In this document: positions 9,688-23,581 of the stretch, piece after piece
Numbering within the stretch: position 1 is the first letter of the stretch
Layout of the letters: the number at the start of each line of letters is the position of its first letter
From: Azolla caroliniana
Lineage: Eukaryota > Plantae > Polypodiophyta
Direction: 5' to 3'
DNA length: 64,000 nt
Assembly (NCBI GenBank): GCA_043228905.1
Contig: JBHGNT010000013.1
Coordinates: 3,720,001-3,784,000, forward strand
The notes under the pieces: generated by a model
The model's database searches: none
Told to the model about the DNA's origin: nothing
The model's input: only the letters and a program-made list of their open reading frames with translations
Translations under genes and position numbers: made by a program

Positions 9688-12600
9688 AAGTAATCTTTTC
9701 CTTCTTTACACTCTCATTTAACCCTCACACTTTACCCACATGTATAGATTACTACGGTAAATTCTCACCACGGGATATTATATGGTCATGCCCGTAACAT
9801 ACTCCCCCTCTTTAAAACATTGCACTCTTGCAATGGAAAGTTAGGGAAGTTAGTTGTAAGAGTATTTTCATGTTCCCATGTGACATCTTTTATAGATTTA
9901 TCCATCCATTTAATTTTAAATTCTCGGATTATTTTAGTACGCAAATTTTTTGTTTTAACATCGAGAATTCTTTCTAGTACATGTGGTTTAGAAGATAATT
10001 CTTCCAAAGTAACAAAAGTTTCAGTTGTAACTGTATTGTAGCCAAAACCTAGAAGTTCTTTTAGACGACTTACATGAAAAATTGGATGGATTTCAACGCC
10101 ATCAAGAAGAGCGAGAGGATATGATGATGAAGCAATGCATTTGAGGACTGTAAAAGGTCCACAAAACCGTGGGGCTAACTTAGTGCACCTACCTGCAGAC
10201 AATGTCTTAGAATTGTGAGGTACACGTAAAAATAACTTTTGTCTAGGGTTGAATACACGAGGCTGCCTATTATGATCGGCATAAAAACGCGCTCTATCTT
10301 GACCTTTTCTTATATTATCTCGTGCAATATGCAACATATCTTGCATATCCCAAAGAAAGTTTTGCGTACTTTGTAACTCATCATGATATACATTAACATC
10401 AATCAGGGCTCATGGCTGAAAACCATACAACAACATAAAAGAACTATATCCCGTCGACGTATGTTTGGAGCTGTTATAAGAGAACTCCAAAATTGGGAGA
10501 TAACGTTCCCATTTTGTTGGTTTTGCACCAATGTATGCTCAAAGCATGTCCTCAATAATTTGATTTACTCGTTCTGTCTGTCCATCAGATTGAGGATGAT
10601 CTGTGGAGCTCATGCTCAATGTAGTTTCTAACTTCTTAAAGACTTGCGTCCAGAAATCGCTACTAAACTTTGGATCTCGATCACTCGAGATATCCATCGG
10701 TAACCCATAGAAATGAAATCACGCGTCAACGAATTGGTAAGCTAATTCAGGAGTTGTTACCGTGGTTTTAGTAGCAATAAATCTGGTCATTTTAGTTAGT
10801 TTATCAACCACAACCCAGATGGTATCATGGCCTTTTTGGGTGCGAGCAAGACTAACAATAAAATCCATGGATATACTTTCCAACTTATTATTGGGAATGT
10901 TCAAGGGATGTAAAAGTCTTGCAGCTTTAAGTCGCTCGACTTTGTTTACGTGACATTGGTGACATAAATAGTCACATAACTATGTATGTCAGGACACATC
11001 TTAGGCCAATAGAATTGAGTGGAGATGAGAATGAGTGCACGATGTATTCCAGGGTGCCCTGTTGAGGGTGCACCATGGCATTCAAAAAGAATTCTCTTTT
11101 TGACCTCATGCAAATCTGGAACACAAACCTTCCCATTACGGTAGAGTAAACTGTTAGTAATGTGGAAGGATTCCTTCGAGGATGTGGTGGTGTCTGTTCC
11201 AGACTCAACCCTTGCCTAGTATTTTGTAAAATAACTGTCATTAGGATACTTTCCTCGAAGGTGATCATAAAGATCTGATGTTATTTCAGTGAAGCTAAGC
11301 ATGTTAACTTCACGGATGCGACTTAGTGCATCAGTGACAGTGTTCATGGAACCTTTATGATATCGTATGGAAAAATCAAAGTCCTGGATGAGATCTGTCC
11401 ATCGTGCCTTACAACCTGCCGTGATGTAAACATATCATGGGAAAACATTAATCGATATAATGATATCACCTCAATACCCCTTGGGATGTATGAGATGAGG
11501 TTCAAGATCAGGTTACTATTGTAACACAAAGGTGTTTTAAAAACCAATGGGGTGACAAGTGAATGTCTTTCCCTAATCTCTATATCGATTTTTTCATGGC
11601 GGCTCAAGCATGTATGTTCACGTCATGAATAGTTTATACAAGAAAAAATGTTAACAATAAACTACGTTTCTGTGCCCATGTATGTGGTTTTGGCTCTTTA
11701 AGTCCTATTACGAGGACCCCGAAGTTCACTTAGACCTAAAGTTTAAACATGTGTTATAGTAATATGTATGAACAATGTTGTATGGTCTTGTTCATATTTG
11801 AACTCAAAATCTCAAGAACAAATGCATTAAACATTGGAGCTAACCAAATAGGTTGCTCACGTTGAATGTTTAATGGTTTATCCGTATAAGAGATATGTGA
11901 AGGCATTTGCCCAGATATATATTTTTTAAAAGAAAACATATATGTCGAGAGTCCTTATTTCCTTTTCGTTTACAACAAAATTATGTTGGTACCTTACCTA
12001 ACCTCAAGTCTCATAATTACGATGGCATACGCCAAAGTGCAACCTAATGGTCAAGCTAAATGAGCCCCCTCTTTTCGTAGTAGGCCCGAGTGGCCCATCG
12101 CATGCCAATTACGTCATTACAAATGCCTTCTATAATGATGATCTCATGGTGGCATCATATCCATGTAACGAGGGAGAGATGTTAGATATGTGTGTCATAG
12201 GAGCGACCTCACATGAAGTGGGTCAAGCCCTATGCTCTCAACATCATTGTGGCTATAATTGTTCCGTTATAATGCGTAGCGAAATCGAAGTGAACAACGG
12301 GGATATCAACAAAAAATTTGTTGAAAAAAGGATGGTGATGACGCCATTCTCACAAAAATGTGATGACGGCCACCAACATGGTTTCCCCGAAAAGGACAAC
12401 TTTCGATATGCAAAATCACGTAATAACTAATATACACATATGTATGTTTATCACATATATACGATCAAATACGTACACATGTGACCCCATATGCGTATAT
12501 TTAAAAAAATCATAACATAAAATAGCCAACATATGATGAAATCGAGACACGTAATTGAGGCATATAGCCTCTACGCACATGAAACATCCACAAATAAGGG

Positions 12601-13503
12601 TGAACATAATACACAATTGAGGTATTGACCTCTACGCATATGACACCAATCGCATATCATTTACATAGAAATTGAGGTATTGACCTCATACACATATGTA
12701 ACATATGTATGTGAACATAATACACAATTGAGGTATTAACCTCATACGCATACGACACGACATATCAAATATATGTCAAATGAAGTATGGAACTCATACA
12801 CATATGTAAACTTTTTATACAACCAATTAATTACTACTACAACATCATTGGATCAATGAAAGAAAACACATATTGACTATCCATTATTAGATTGGGAGAA
12901 GAAAGAATAGAAAAAAAAGAGTTACCGAAGTTCCTTTGTTGATTGTTATCTGGACCAAGGTCGACCACACGTCGATCAATCACCATCCACCAAGAACAAA
13001 ACAAAAACCAACAAAAGAAACATTAGTGACATGGCTCTAATACCAACTGTTAGAGTGATGATCTAATGTAAGCATATGATAAGGATAAATGATAGATAAA
13101 TAAGAAAGGAGAGAGAGAAAGAAGGGTGCCGATCCACCCGACCACCCCTGAGCGAAGGGATTGAGATGAACTCGAGTCTCGATCAGCGTCCTATACCAAC
13201 ATCGTGGCGTCGAGTCGTACCTAGTGCTGCCGCGCTCGCCACAAGAGTTGACCTAGCACAAAACGGAGTCTCAACGTAGTCAAGAGATGATGAAATGAGG
13301 GTAGTTAGGCCTCATATTTATAGCGTGACCCAAGGCCCCCAGGCAATTTCACACTTGGCCTAATGGGTTGTCCCAATCCCAAGGATTTTAAAAGTAATCC
13401 TTCCCTTCTTTACACTCTCATTTAACTGTCACACTTTATCCACATGTATAGAATGCTATGGTAAATTCTCACTACGGGATATTATATTTTCATGCCCGTA
13501 ACA
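9688..13503 (-). mobile_element. Ty3/Gypsy chromovirus, internally deleted or replaced
   Basis: 5' LTR 13048-13503; PBS TGGTATTAGAGCC (iMet, ~13033-13045); RNase H end, integrase and chromodomain fragments 9786-11420 (SMDFI..., GPF, HPIFHVSRLK, IKW....TWE); PPT ~9800-9813; 3' LTR truncated (9688-9799). Confidence 0.85.
12553..12810. repeat. Degenerate ~55-60 bp tandem repeat (AATTGAGGTATTGACCTC core)
   Basis: Core at ~12553, 12616, 12670 and 12726, with a degenerate copy at ~12779. Confidence 0.7.
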
Positions 13504-15143
13504 CACACACACACACTCTCTCTCTCTCTCTCTCAATCTCTCATATAATATGAGGCAAGACTCGAACCCATGACCTTATGTTACATGGGTCGAGCTCTTG
13601 ACCATTATACTATATGTTGTAATACAAAAGATATTATTTTCATTTAAGTTTTACTATAGAAAATTGATGTATGTTCTAGATTTCTCTAGAAGATTCTAGA
13701 AACTTCAAGAGTACTCCTGAGAACACTATAAAAGGAGGCACAAGGCAATATTTCGAACCAACTCGGTTCAACGCCAGTCTTAAGCCTCCTAGCTACTATT
13801 GTATATTCTCTTAACATAATATATATTTCTTTTGTTATCATCATTCTCTCTCTCTCTCTCTCTCTCTCTCACTCACTCACTCTTTCCTTCTCTCAAGAGT
13901 TCTACCCCTCCCTTAGTACTAATCCTTATCTTCTACTACTAATTCCTTCTCTGTCTTAGTATTGTTCCTGACAGTTTGAACCGATTTGGGTCTCCGTCCT
14001 TCTCTTCCTTTATCTTCTTACTTCTCCCTCCCTTCATACTAATCTCTTATTCCTCTTTTCTCTCACACTATGGCCACTGTTAGCACTCAAGAATATCAAT
14101 CTGGTTTTTTGAAGTTGCAATGCTTGAAAGAGAAGTTTCACGTATTGGAACAAGAAAATCAATGAATATTGGGGGAGCTTCAGCAAATCTCCTTAGAGAA
14201 GCAGTAGACGCAACAACAACATGGGGAATTAGCGTTACGCGTGCAACAACTTGAAGCAACCATAGTCGCGATGCAACAACAAGAACCCAGTACACAAGGG
14301 GTTCATAAAGAACCCAAGATCAGCCTTCCCATGAAATTCGATGGAACGCGATCACAATTTAGAGGATTCCTTAATCGGGTACGATTAGTCATTCAAATGC
14401 ATCCTTCCCAATATCCCACCGATGCATCATGAGTGGGTTTAGTAGGCATGTTAAGTGGCTCAGTTTTGGCATGGTTTGCTCCGTTGTTAGAAAAGCAATC
14501 TCCTTTACTAAACAATTTTAAAGAGTTTTTAAGTGAGTTTAAAGCCTGTTTTAGAGATACTAACAGTATAAGGACAACAATCAACAAAATCCAACGATTA
14601 CGTCAAGGTGATCGTCTAGCCTCTGCATACGCTGCAGATTTCCGCCTACTCGCCTCCAATAAACCCTAGGATGACCAAGCAGTTATGGAGCAATTTTGTT
14701 ATGGTCTACATAACGATGTCAAGGATTTACTCTTGACCTTCCCTGAAGAACCAAAGTCATTGACAGAAGCAATCAGTCACGCAGTGAGATGCGACAACCG
14801 TCTTTTCGAACGACGTTGAAAACGTCAGTTCCAGATCCCAAGGGCAAGATCAGAGCCCACCTACGCCTCAGTGGTAGCAAAACCTTTTACAAGGGAGTCA
14901 TATAATGCGTCTCTAGTGAATACTCCAAATCCGATGGAAATTGAAACTACACGTTGTCACGGACCATTATCGGAAGAAGAAAAGCAGTGACGTCGAGCAA
15001 ATCGACTATGTCTTTATTGCGGTGGACCAGGGCATATTGCAGTGAACTGTCCCGATAGGCCAAGAAGACATGCGAACCAAATACTTGCTAGTTCTAATTG
15101 TAGTAAACCCGAGTCTATTTTAGTAGGAATATCTTATAGTTCT

Positions 15144-15213
15144 TGTAACGGAATGGGAGGCAAGAGTGATTGCAATGCAGCGGAAGAAGATTGAGTGTGT
15201 CTGTGTGTGAGGC

Positions 15214-15266
<53 letters not shown>

Positions 15267-18200
15267 CTTAAGGCAGAGATAGAAAAACTGTATATTAACC
15301 AAAAATACATCAAACATAAAACATCCAACAATAACTAAGTTACAATGCGTTGGTTTATATACCAACTAAGCTAGGGCAAGTGCCCTTTCTACTATTTACA
15401 AAACTTGCCCAACATGTCCATGAGCTAGTGTGAAACCTATCTATGAGAAGTTGAGTTCGACTCTCAACATGCCCCTTCGAACACAACTTCTATCTGTCGA
15501 CAAGGTTGTTCGGTTCGTACTTCGACTTGGCTAGTCGGCTATGTTGCGTATTTGCATACTCGATCAATTGCGTATGTGTTGTGTATCGTTGCGTATTGCT
15601 TCCATGTCGCCTGTACCTATACTCCCCCTCAAGTTTGGCAATGTAGATTTCGTGAGACCAAGGTTCGATGCAAATTTCCCGAGCTTGTCGACTCCTAAGG
15701 CCTTCGTAAAGATATCAGCAACTTGGAGGTGTGTAGTGGTATGTTGTAGATCGATCTCATCGGCTTGTACGCGCTCGTGGATGAGGTGGTAATGCACTTC
15801 GATATGTTTAGTCCACGCATGGAATACAGGGTTCTACGCCAAGTAGATACTACTCATGTTGTCACAGTAGAGACGAATTGGATCCTTGATGGGAACGCCC
15901 AGATCCTTTAGTATGCGTTTAAGCCATACGGCTTCGCATGCGGCGACTATTGCGCCCCTATATTCGGCTTCTGTGCTCGACAGTGCGACTATCGGCTGTT
16001 TCTTGCTGCTCCAAGACATTGGTCCGCTGCCGAGGGAGAAGACAAATCCGGAGGTGGATCGTCTATTCGCTTTATAGCCTACCTAGTCCGCGTCGGTGTT
16101 CCCTTCGAGTCAAATAGTTGTGTTTGACTTATACATGATGCCATAAGCCATTGTCGTACTGACATACGGTAGTATCCTCTTAGCACAATCAAGATGAAGG
16201 TTTCGCGGATTCTGCATGAATTGGCTAAGTAGGCTGACCGAATAACTCAGGTCGGGTCACGTAATGGTTAGATAGATCAAACTACCGATCATCTGGTGGA
16301 GGTGCCATCCCTTCGCTATGGCAAGTGCAATTATTGTCTGTACAGTTGTCATCTTTGCTACCGGGGCTAAGGTTTCTTCATAGTCTAGTCTATGCCATGC
16401 GTTTGCGCGTAGCCTTTTGCAACGGGCTGTGCTTTGAAGCGATTTACGGATCCGTGGGCATTGTATTTTACTTTGTATATCCATTTGCAACCAATCGCTT
16501 TCTTGTTCGGGGGGAGAGGAATGAGATCCTATGTCTCGTTTTTGCATAAAGCTTCCATCTCCTCATTCATCCCCTCGACCCATCGCGGATCCTTTGCAGC
16601 TTCGGAAAGCATTTCCGGTTCCCATACTGACCCTACTTTCATCATAAAAGCGTAGTGATACGCCATGTACTCGTCGTAGCCATAGCAGTTTACGGGGTTT
16701 TGTTCACGTATGGATCGGCGTAGCTCTCAATCTATGGGGAGTATGGCTTTCTTTGCTCCATCTATGCGGATTTCGAGATCTTCAAATTCAATGTCAAGAG
16801 AGTAAAGCATCTCGGTCTCTTCCTGATCGTCATATTCCCGCATTTTCGCCTTCCCTTTGTCCAGCTTCGGACTCGGCCGAGATGTGCTTTCATCACTCGG
16901 CGGCTCTGATGGCCCACTCAGTCGTGTCATAATTGGGTTGTCTTTTAACATCTGTGTGAGCCGATCCTTAGCTTCTATTTCTATTTCAGTGTCATCCGCA
17001 TTGAGCGGGGTTGGAGTCGGAAGTATTCTCTAGTGCGTACCAAGATGTGTATTTGTCGAAGACTACGTCTCGACTTGTTCGAACCGTATGGGTAGACGGG
17101 TTGTAGCATTTGTACCCCTTCTATTCGAGTGAGTATCCTACGAGGATACATTTCTCCGACTTTGGGTCAAGCTTTTGCCACGTATCGTCGGGAATATGTA
17201 CGTAGGCGATAGAACCGAAAATGCGGACATGTGACAAGTCCGGCTTCTTTCCGAAGAATTTCTCATGCGGAGTTATATCATGTACTCCCAAGGTTGTGCA
17301 CCTGTTCATGAGATATACAACCGTATTTGCTGCTCATGTCCAATATGATTTCGGCAGGTTCTTCTCGTTCATCATGGCTCGTGCGACTTCTACTACATGG
17401 TGATTTTTATGCTCTGCTACGCCGTTTTCCTGAGGCGTGTGTCGACACGAGAACTCTCGTCAAATTCCTTCTTTTCAGAGATATGCCGAAAATTCATCCG
17501 AAAAATATTCTTTGCCTCTATCTAATCGAAGACAGCATACATGCCGACCCGTAGTTTTTTCGACTTCGGCTTTGAATGTTGTGAAGTGCCTGAACACTTC
17601 ATTCTTCTGCTTCATCGGATAGATCTAGGTGTTCCTGGAGAAGTCGTCAATGAACGTGACATAGTATCAGCATCTGCCAAATGTTGCTGTCGGAGCTAGT
17701 CCCCACACATCTCAATGTACAACATCCAGGATTCCTTTGCTCACATTCCGCTCTTTAGGGAATGGGTGACGGCGTTGCTTTCCGAACTTACATGCATCGC
17801 ATACGCCTGTAATCTCCTTCGCCGTAAAGTTCGGGAGTCCAATTACGACTCCTTTTGATTGCATGTTCTAGAGCTTTTGGAGATTGATGTGGCCAATTCT
17901 CTCGTGCCACAGTTTCAAGTCGGTTTCGACTTTCTGGCCCTTTGCAAACATGGCCGACATTACCTTGCTCGATTCGAGGATGAACATACGACCTTCACGA
18001 CGACCGTGAGCTATGACTTAATCTCCTTTTTCGATGAAGCACCCATCGTTGTTGAAGCGTACTTGCATTCCTTGTTCGACAATCTGGCCAACCGAGACCA
18101 GGTTTTTCGTAACAGTGGGGACATGAAACACGTTCTTGAGGTAGGTTTGTTTGCCGTTGTTTCTGAATGGGACATTCCCGATATGTTGTATTGGGTGAGT

Positions 18201-19443
18201 TGTGTCATCTCCTGTTTTGACATTTCTGGGACATTCGGGCTTCCGTAGTTCCCGAAACCAATCTTCATGGGACGTCATGTGATTGGATGCTCCCAAATCG
18301 GCAAACCATACGCTGTTCGGAGTGGAATCAGTAGTTGATGCAAGTGTGGACATTCAGTGCGCTTCGTGCTTCATTATGAACATTCCGCCACGGTCGCCGT
18401 AGTTGGAGTTCGTGGTGTAATTTGTTAGTTTTCGGCCTTGCTCATGCTTCTTCTTCTGACATTCATCTTCGTAGTGGCCAGGTTTTCTGCAGTACGTGCA
18501 CTTAACTAGGTTCCTACAAGTGCTTGGTCTAGCGTGATGACTCCCCCTTCCGCCGAACTCTTTGGTGTTGTTTCTGTCCACTTGCCATTGGTGGGAGTTA
18601 CGCTCTTGGTTGTGTCGGCCTTGGCGGAATTGACCTCTCCTTCCGCGACTTTGTCCTCTTCCTCCATCAAAGTTCGAATATAGCATTTTTTCATCATGCG
18701 TGTTGTTCCTTTGATGCACATGATTCTCTTCAACTAGTAACAATGATTGGAGATCAAAAAATGAGGGAGGATTCTCTGTTGCGAGAATGGTCGATCTTAT
18801 TGCGCCAAATTGCGGTGCCAAGCCACCGAGGTCATCGAACTCAATGCTAACTTTGATCGATCCAAGGGCATCACAGAACTCCTTGATCTTTAAGGTGTAG
18901 TTGCCGATTGACATGTCCCTTTGTTGAAGATTGTTCAGCTCCTCTTGAAGTTGGAGTTTTCGTGTGGCCATATTGGCTGCAAAAATCTTCTTGAGGTTTT
19001 CCCACGCCTGCCTCGGCATTTTTGCCTCTCGAATGTAGCCAAGCATATGATCGTGAACGCATGATGCAAGGCAACACAACAGACGGCTTGCAACCTGCTC
19101 CCAAGCGGGATAGTCGGCGTGTGTTGGGTTGGGTTGTGATTCGTGAGCTCCTTCGATGTAGCTCCAATAGCCTTGTCCGACAAGGTATTGATGCATCTGG
19201 TATTCCCAAGATGCAAAGTTCATTCTGTCGAGCTTCTCGATAGGAAGAGCGCTTCCCATTTGAGTATTCATGGTGATTTCTTCTTTGTTGATGGGCCGGT
19301 TCTGGTGACTGTCGGCGTGCAACACAACACAATCGAATAGGCTTAATCATGCAACCACACGCTTTGATACCATGTAATGGAATGCGAGGCAAGCGTGATT
19401 GCAATGCAGCAGAAGAAGATTGAGAGTGTGGGTGTGTGTGAGG

Positions 19444-19485
<42 letters not shown>

Positions 19486-19688
19486 CTTAAGGCAAAGATA
19501 GAAAAATTGTATATTAACAAAAAATACATCAAACATAAAACATCCAACAATAACTAAGTTACAATGCGTTGGTTTATATACCAAATAAGCTAGGGCAAGT
19601 GCCCTTTCTACTATTTACAAAACTAGCCCAACATGTCCATGAGCTAGTGTGAAACCTATCTATGAGAAGTTGAGCTTGACTCTCAACA
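15144..19688 (-). mobile_element. Ty1/Copia LTR retrotransposon (decayed)
   Basis: LTRs 19373-19688 and 15144-15469; PBS TGGTATCAAAGC 19361-19372; gag with CCHC (CTYCRKPGHYEDEC); PR WFADLGASNHMT; IN; partial RT; RNase H (SSTEAEY, ADIFTKAL); TSD GTTCT/GTGCT. Confidence 0.93.
18354..19271 (-). CDS. Copia gag (part of decayed element)
   Basis: MNTQMGSALPIEKLDRMNFASW...; UBN2-like region; zinc knuckle. Confidence 0.8.
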   Translation of the reverse strand: MNTQMGSALPIEKLDRMNFASWEYQMHQYLVGQGYWSYIEGAHESQPNPTHADYPAWEQVASRLLCCLASCVHDHMLGYIREAKMPRQAWENLKKIFAANMATRKLQLQEELNNLQQRDMSIGNYTLKIKEFCDALGSIKVSIEFDDLGGLAPQFGAIRSTILATENPPSFFDLQSLLLVEENHVHQRNNTHDEKMLYSNFDGGRGQSRGRRGQFRQGRHNQERNSHQWQVDRNNTKEFGGRGSHHARPSTCRNLVKCTYCRKPGHYEDECQKKKHEQGRKLTNYTTNSNYGDRGGMFIMKHEAH

Positions 19689-22642
19689 GTGCTAATAGTA
19701 CTAATAGCCCAAATCTATCGAACAAATTTGATGTCCTTAGTCAGTTAGAAGAAAAGTTAAACGACTAATTCCAGTCAAAATAGGAGCCGTTTGGTTGGAC
19801 AACCCTAGATCTGTGCATCCCATTAGTGGTTCCATTCCCTCTAAGCAAGTTAGCAATGTGTTCTTAGCCCAAGTAACAGGTAGTACTAAAAGTATCTCTC
19901 CAGTACATGTCTCAGCACTCCTAGATTCCGGAACTAATTCTTCCTTCATGAATAGGAATTTTTCCCAAGCTCATCAGATCTCCCTAAGAAAACTCCCGTG
20001 TCCAGCCTCTGTAGTAGTCATTGATGGTCATCCCATTGCTTCCAGAAATATCACAGAAGAGTCAAAGCGCGTTAATATTGTCCTAGATAATTTAGCGTGT
20101 GTAGTATCCTTTAATATAATTAGTATCCTAGAACATCTCATTGTTTTGGGATTACCATGGTTCGAATTACATAACCCATACATAGATTGGAGAACAAGGG
20201 AAATCTGGTATCAACAAACCCGAGGATCTACTCATAAGATTGCAACCATTTCACTACATCAATTGCGTGAGGAAGGACGCAAGGAAGAAATGTTTCTCTT
20301 CGCAGTATCAGTAAAACCCTCCAACATCACTAAAGAGGAGTCCACTGTTCAACTTCCAGAGAAGTATCATCATTATGCCGATGTGTTCAATAAAGTACAA
20401 GCCAATGCAATTCCTCCCCATTGACTGTATGATTGCCCAATCGATTTACAACTGGGAAAAGAGCCAGCATGGGGACCGATCTACAATTTGTCACCTACCA
20501 AGCTAGAAGTCCTTAGAGCCTATATAAAGGAGAATTTGGCAAATGGTTTAATTCTACATTCGAAATCTCCAGCCGGCGCACCCATTTTCTTCATCAAGAA
20601 AAAGGATGGATCACTTTGTCTCGTCGTAGATTACCGTGGCTTGAATAAGGACACCATCAAGAATAGGTACGCACTTCCCCTTATCCCAATTCTTTTAGAA
20701 CGGATCAATGGTGCAAGGTTCTTCACAAAGATCGACTTACGAGGAGCATATAACCTCGTACGGATCCAACCAGGAGATAAATGGAAGACCGCGTTTCGCA
20801 CCGGATATGGTCACTTCGAGTATACGGTCATGCCATTTGGCCTCACAAATGTGGGAACAGTCTTCCAACACATGGCAAATGATATATTCCGAGATCTCTT
20901 GGATGTTTGTTTGATCATCTATTTGGATGATCTACTGGTTTATTCGAAGACCCAAGAAGAGCATGATTCTCATGTATTGTTAGTACCAAAACGACTTTGA
21001 GAACATGGTCTTTATGCAAAGCTAGAAAAATGTAGTTTCGAGTGCAACTAGGTAGAACCAGGTAGAACATGGTCTTTTGTGTATAATAACATTCGGTGTT
21101 TCATAGTTCTCTCCTTGAACCCTATCAAGACAACACCATCCCAAGTCGTATCCGGTGTTTCATAGTTCTCTCCCAGATTGAACTTGAAGATGGACCTGAG
21201 TACGAGGTTGCCGCCATCCTCGATTCCAAGATTGTTCGCAATAAGCTCTACTATTTAGTCGATTGGCTAGGATATAGTCATAGCGAGCGTACTTGGGAAC
21301 CAATAGAGAATGCGAACAATGCTCGTGCTCTTCTTGAAGACTTCCATTGTCAATATCTTAAAAAATCGGGTCCTCAATCCAAAACGACTCGTGACACGCG
21401 TCATTTTAAATGGGGGGATAGTGTCATGATATGGCAAGACTCGAACCCATGACCTTATGTTACATGGGTCAAGCTCTTGACCATTAGACTATATGTTGTA
21501 AAACGAAAGATAATTTTCATTTAAGTTTTACTATAGAAAATTGATGTATGTTCCAGATTTCTCTGGAACATTGTAGAAACTTCAGGAGTACTCTTGAGAA
21601 GACTATAAAACGAGGCACAAGGCATTATTTCAAACCAAATCGGTTCAATGCTCGTCTTAAGGCTCCTAGCTACAATTGTATATTCTCTTAACATAATATA
21701 TATCTCTTTTGTTATCATCATTCTCTCTCTCTATCTCTCTCTCTCTCTCACTCACTCTGTCCTTCTCTTTAGAGTTCTACACCTCCCTTAGTACTTATCC
21801 TCATCTTTTAGTACTAATTCCTTGTCTATCTTAGTATTGTTCTTGACACACACACTCTCTCTCTCTCTCACTCTCTCTCTTGTAACGACTCTTTCTGTCC
21901 TTGCCGTTGCCGCCGTCGTCGTCTAATGTTGCCGTCGCTTGCTATTGCCGTCGTCTGCAGCCGTTGTCTGTTGTCACTACTGTTGCCGTCATTGTCACCA
22001 TCGACGTTTGTCATCTGCCGCCATCGCCGTCACCATTGTCGTCAGTTTCTTGGTCGTCGCCGCTATTGTCGTGTGTAGTCATTGTCATTATCGTCGTTGT
22101 TCGTCGCCTTACCTACGCTTATGACGACGTAATCAGATGAGTAAACAAGAGAGCATACATGTCCTTCTACACTCGAACCTAGTGCGCAAGGCATGAATGC
22201 TCGACTAAGTTTTTTCTGTCCTCTTTGTCTTTTTTTTCTTTTATCGTTTGATTTACAACATGACTTCTAGACGAAACCATAAGGAAACACATGAAGAAAT
22301 TATAAGTAAGGAAGAATTTTTAGATGTCCTTAACCATTTAGTTAAAATAGAAAAATGGGTGAAAGAGATTGACGCTAAAATAAAAAAAAAGATAAGGAAG
22401 AGAAAGAAGTTCTATTGCTGAAATAACGAAACTTAAAGTAGACAACACGAACCTTCAGAAACAAGTTAAGGACCTTGAGACATCTAGGGAAGATGGTGAA
22501 ATATCTTCTCTAGAGGATATTAAGGAAGAGAAAAAAAGTTAAGGAAGAGGTTAAAAGCGATATGGAATTAGCAAAAACTGGGTGGGTTAATGTAGTAAAA
22601 TGTAGTATTAAAAAGGAACTAAAGGATGAAAATATTGTAAAC

Positions 22643-22988
22643 TGTAGAAAGTAGCGTGCGGAAGCAGGTATGAAGACAGAACAGAGGAAGGAAACACAGG
22701 TTTAATGGAGAGCTTGGACTTACACGGTATACGCGGGAGAGACAGAGAGAGAAACACAAAAAACTATATTTCACAATAATAATATTTCAGTGAGCACTTT
22801 TATACAAGTCCTAGAAGGACTGGCCGAAGTACTGACAGTACTTCAATGCTCATCAAGAGCCCCTACACTAACTCCCAAATATATTCCTCACGGAATATCT
22901 TTCCTAACGACCTAACCGATCGGTCCCAACCGATCCGGTCCTCGGCTTCTTCAACCGATCCGGCCAATGTTGAGCTTGTCTCTCAACA
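22643..22988 (-). mobile_element. Solo LTR inserted in LINE ORF1
   Basis: TG...CA ends; perfect 5-bp TSD TAAAC (22638-22642 / 22989-22993). Confidence 0.9.
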
Positions 22989-23124
22989 TAAACACTACCC
23001 TTGAGGAGGAAAAAATGCGTCAAACTTGACACCTAAATGTATGAATTACTAGGCTCAAGGAAGGGGCATCTCCTGACAAAGATGCACAAACATTAGGGAA
23101 AATGTTGGGGTACGAAGCCCTACC

Positions 23125-23581
23125 TGTTACAGGCATGACCATATAATATCCTGTGGTGAGAATTTACCGTAGTATTCTATACACGTGGATAAGTGTGAGG
23201 GTTAAACGAGAGTTTAAAGAAGGGGAGGATTACTTTTAAATCCTCAGGATTGAGACAATCCATTAGGCCAATTGTGAACATGGCTGGGGGCCTTGGGTAT
23301 CGCTATAAATAGAGGCCTAGCTACCCTCATTTCAGCATCTTGTTGACTACGTCAAGACTCTGTCTTGTGGTGGGTCAACTCTTGTAGCGAGCGCGCCAGC
23401 ACTAGGTACGACTCGACGCCAAGGCGGTGGTATGGGATGCCGATCGAGGCTCAAGTCCGTCTTGATCCCTTCACTCGGGGGTGGCCGGGTGGATCGAAAC
23501 CCTTCTTTCTCTCTCTCCTTTCTATCTATTTATCTATTTTCTATCCTTATCTCATGCTTACATTAGTCTATGTCTCTTACA
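23125..23581 (+). mobile_element. Solo LTR inserted in LINE ORF1 (family of 13048-13503 LTR)
   Basis: TGTTAC...TTACA; perfect 5-bp TSD CTACC (23120-23124 / 23582-23586); homologous to the reverse complement of 13048-13503. Confidence 0.92.

Larger units (their letters stand above)
13539..21848 (+). mobile_element. Tcn1-like chromoviral Gypsy (decayed), interrupted by a Copia
   Basis: LTRs ~13539-13973 and 21422-21848; non-tRNA PBS GTTTGAACCGATTT; gag from ATG 14070; PR LLDSG; RT YLDD; RNase H and most of integrase deleted at ~21060-21095; chromodomain; PPT before 21422. Same family as 55329-61106. Confidence 0.92.

Noticed and set aside
15120-15365. ORFs with SLSLSL/ERERER runs (also 19347, 27753, 60765)
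   Set aside because: These are translations of (CT)/(GA) microsatellites within LTRs or the LINE tail.
21901-22140. Val/Ser/Cys-rich ORFs
   Set aside because: Low-complexity GTC/GCC repeats of the LINE 5' UTR.
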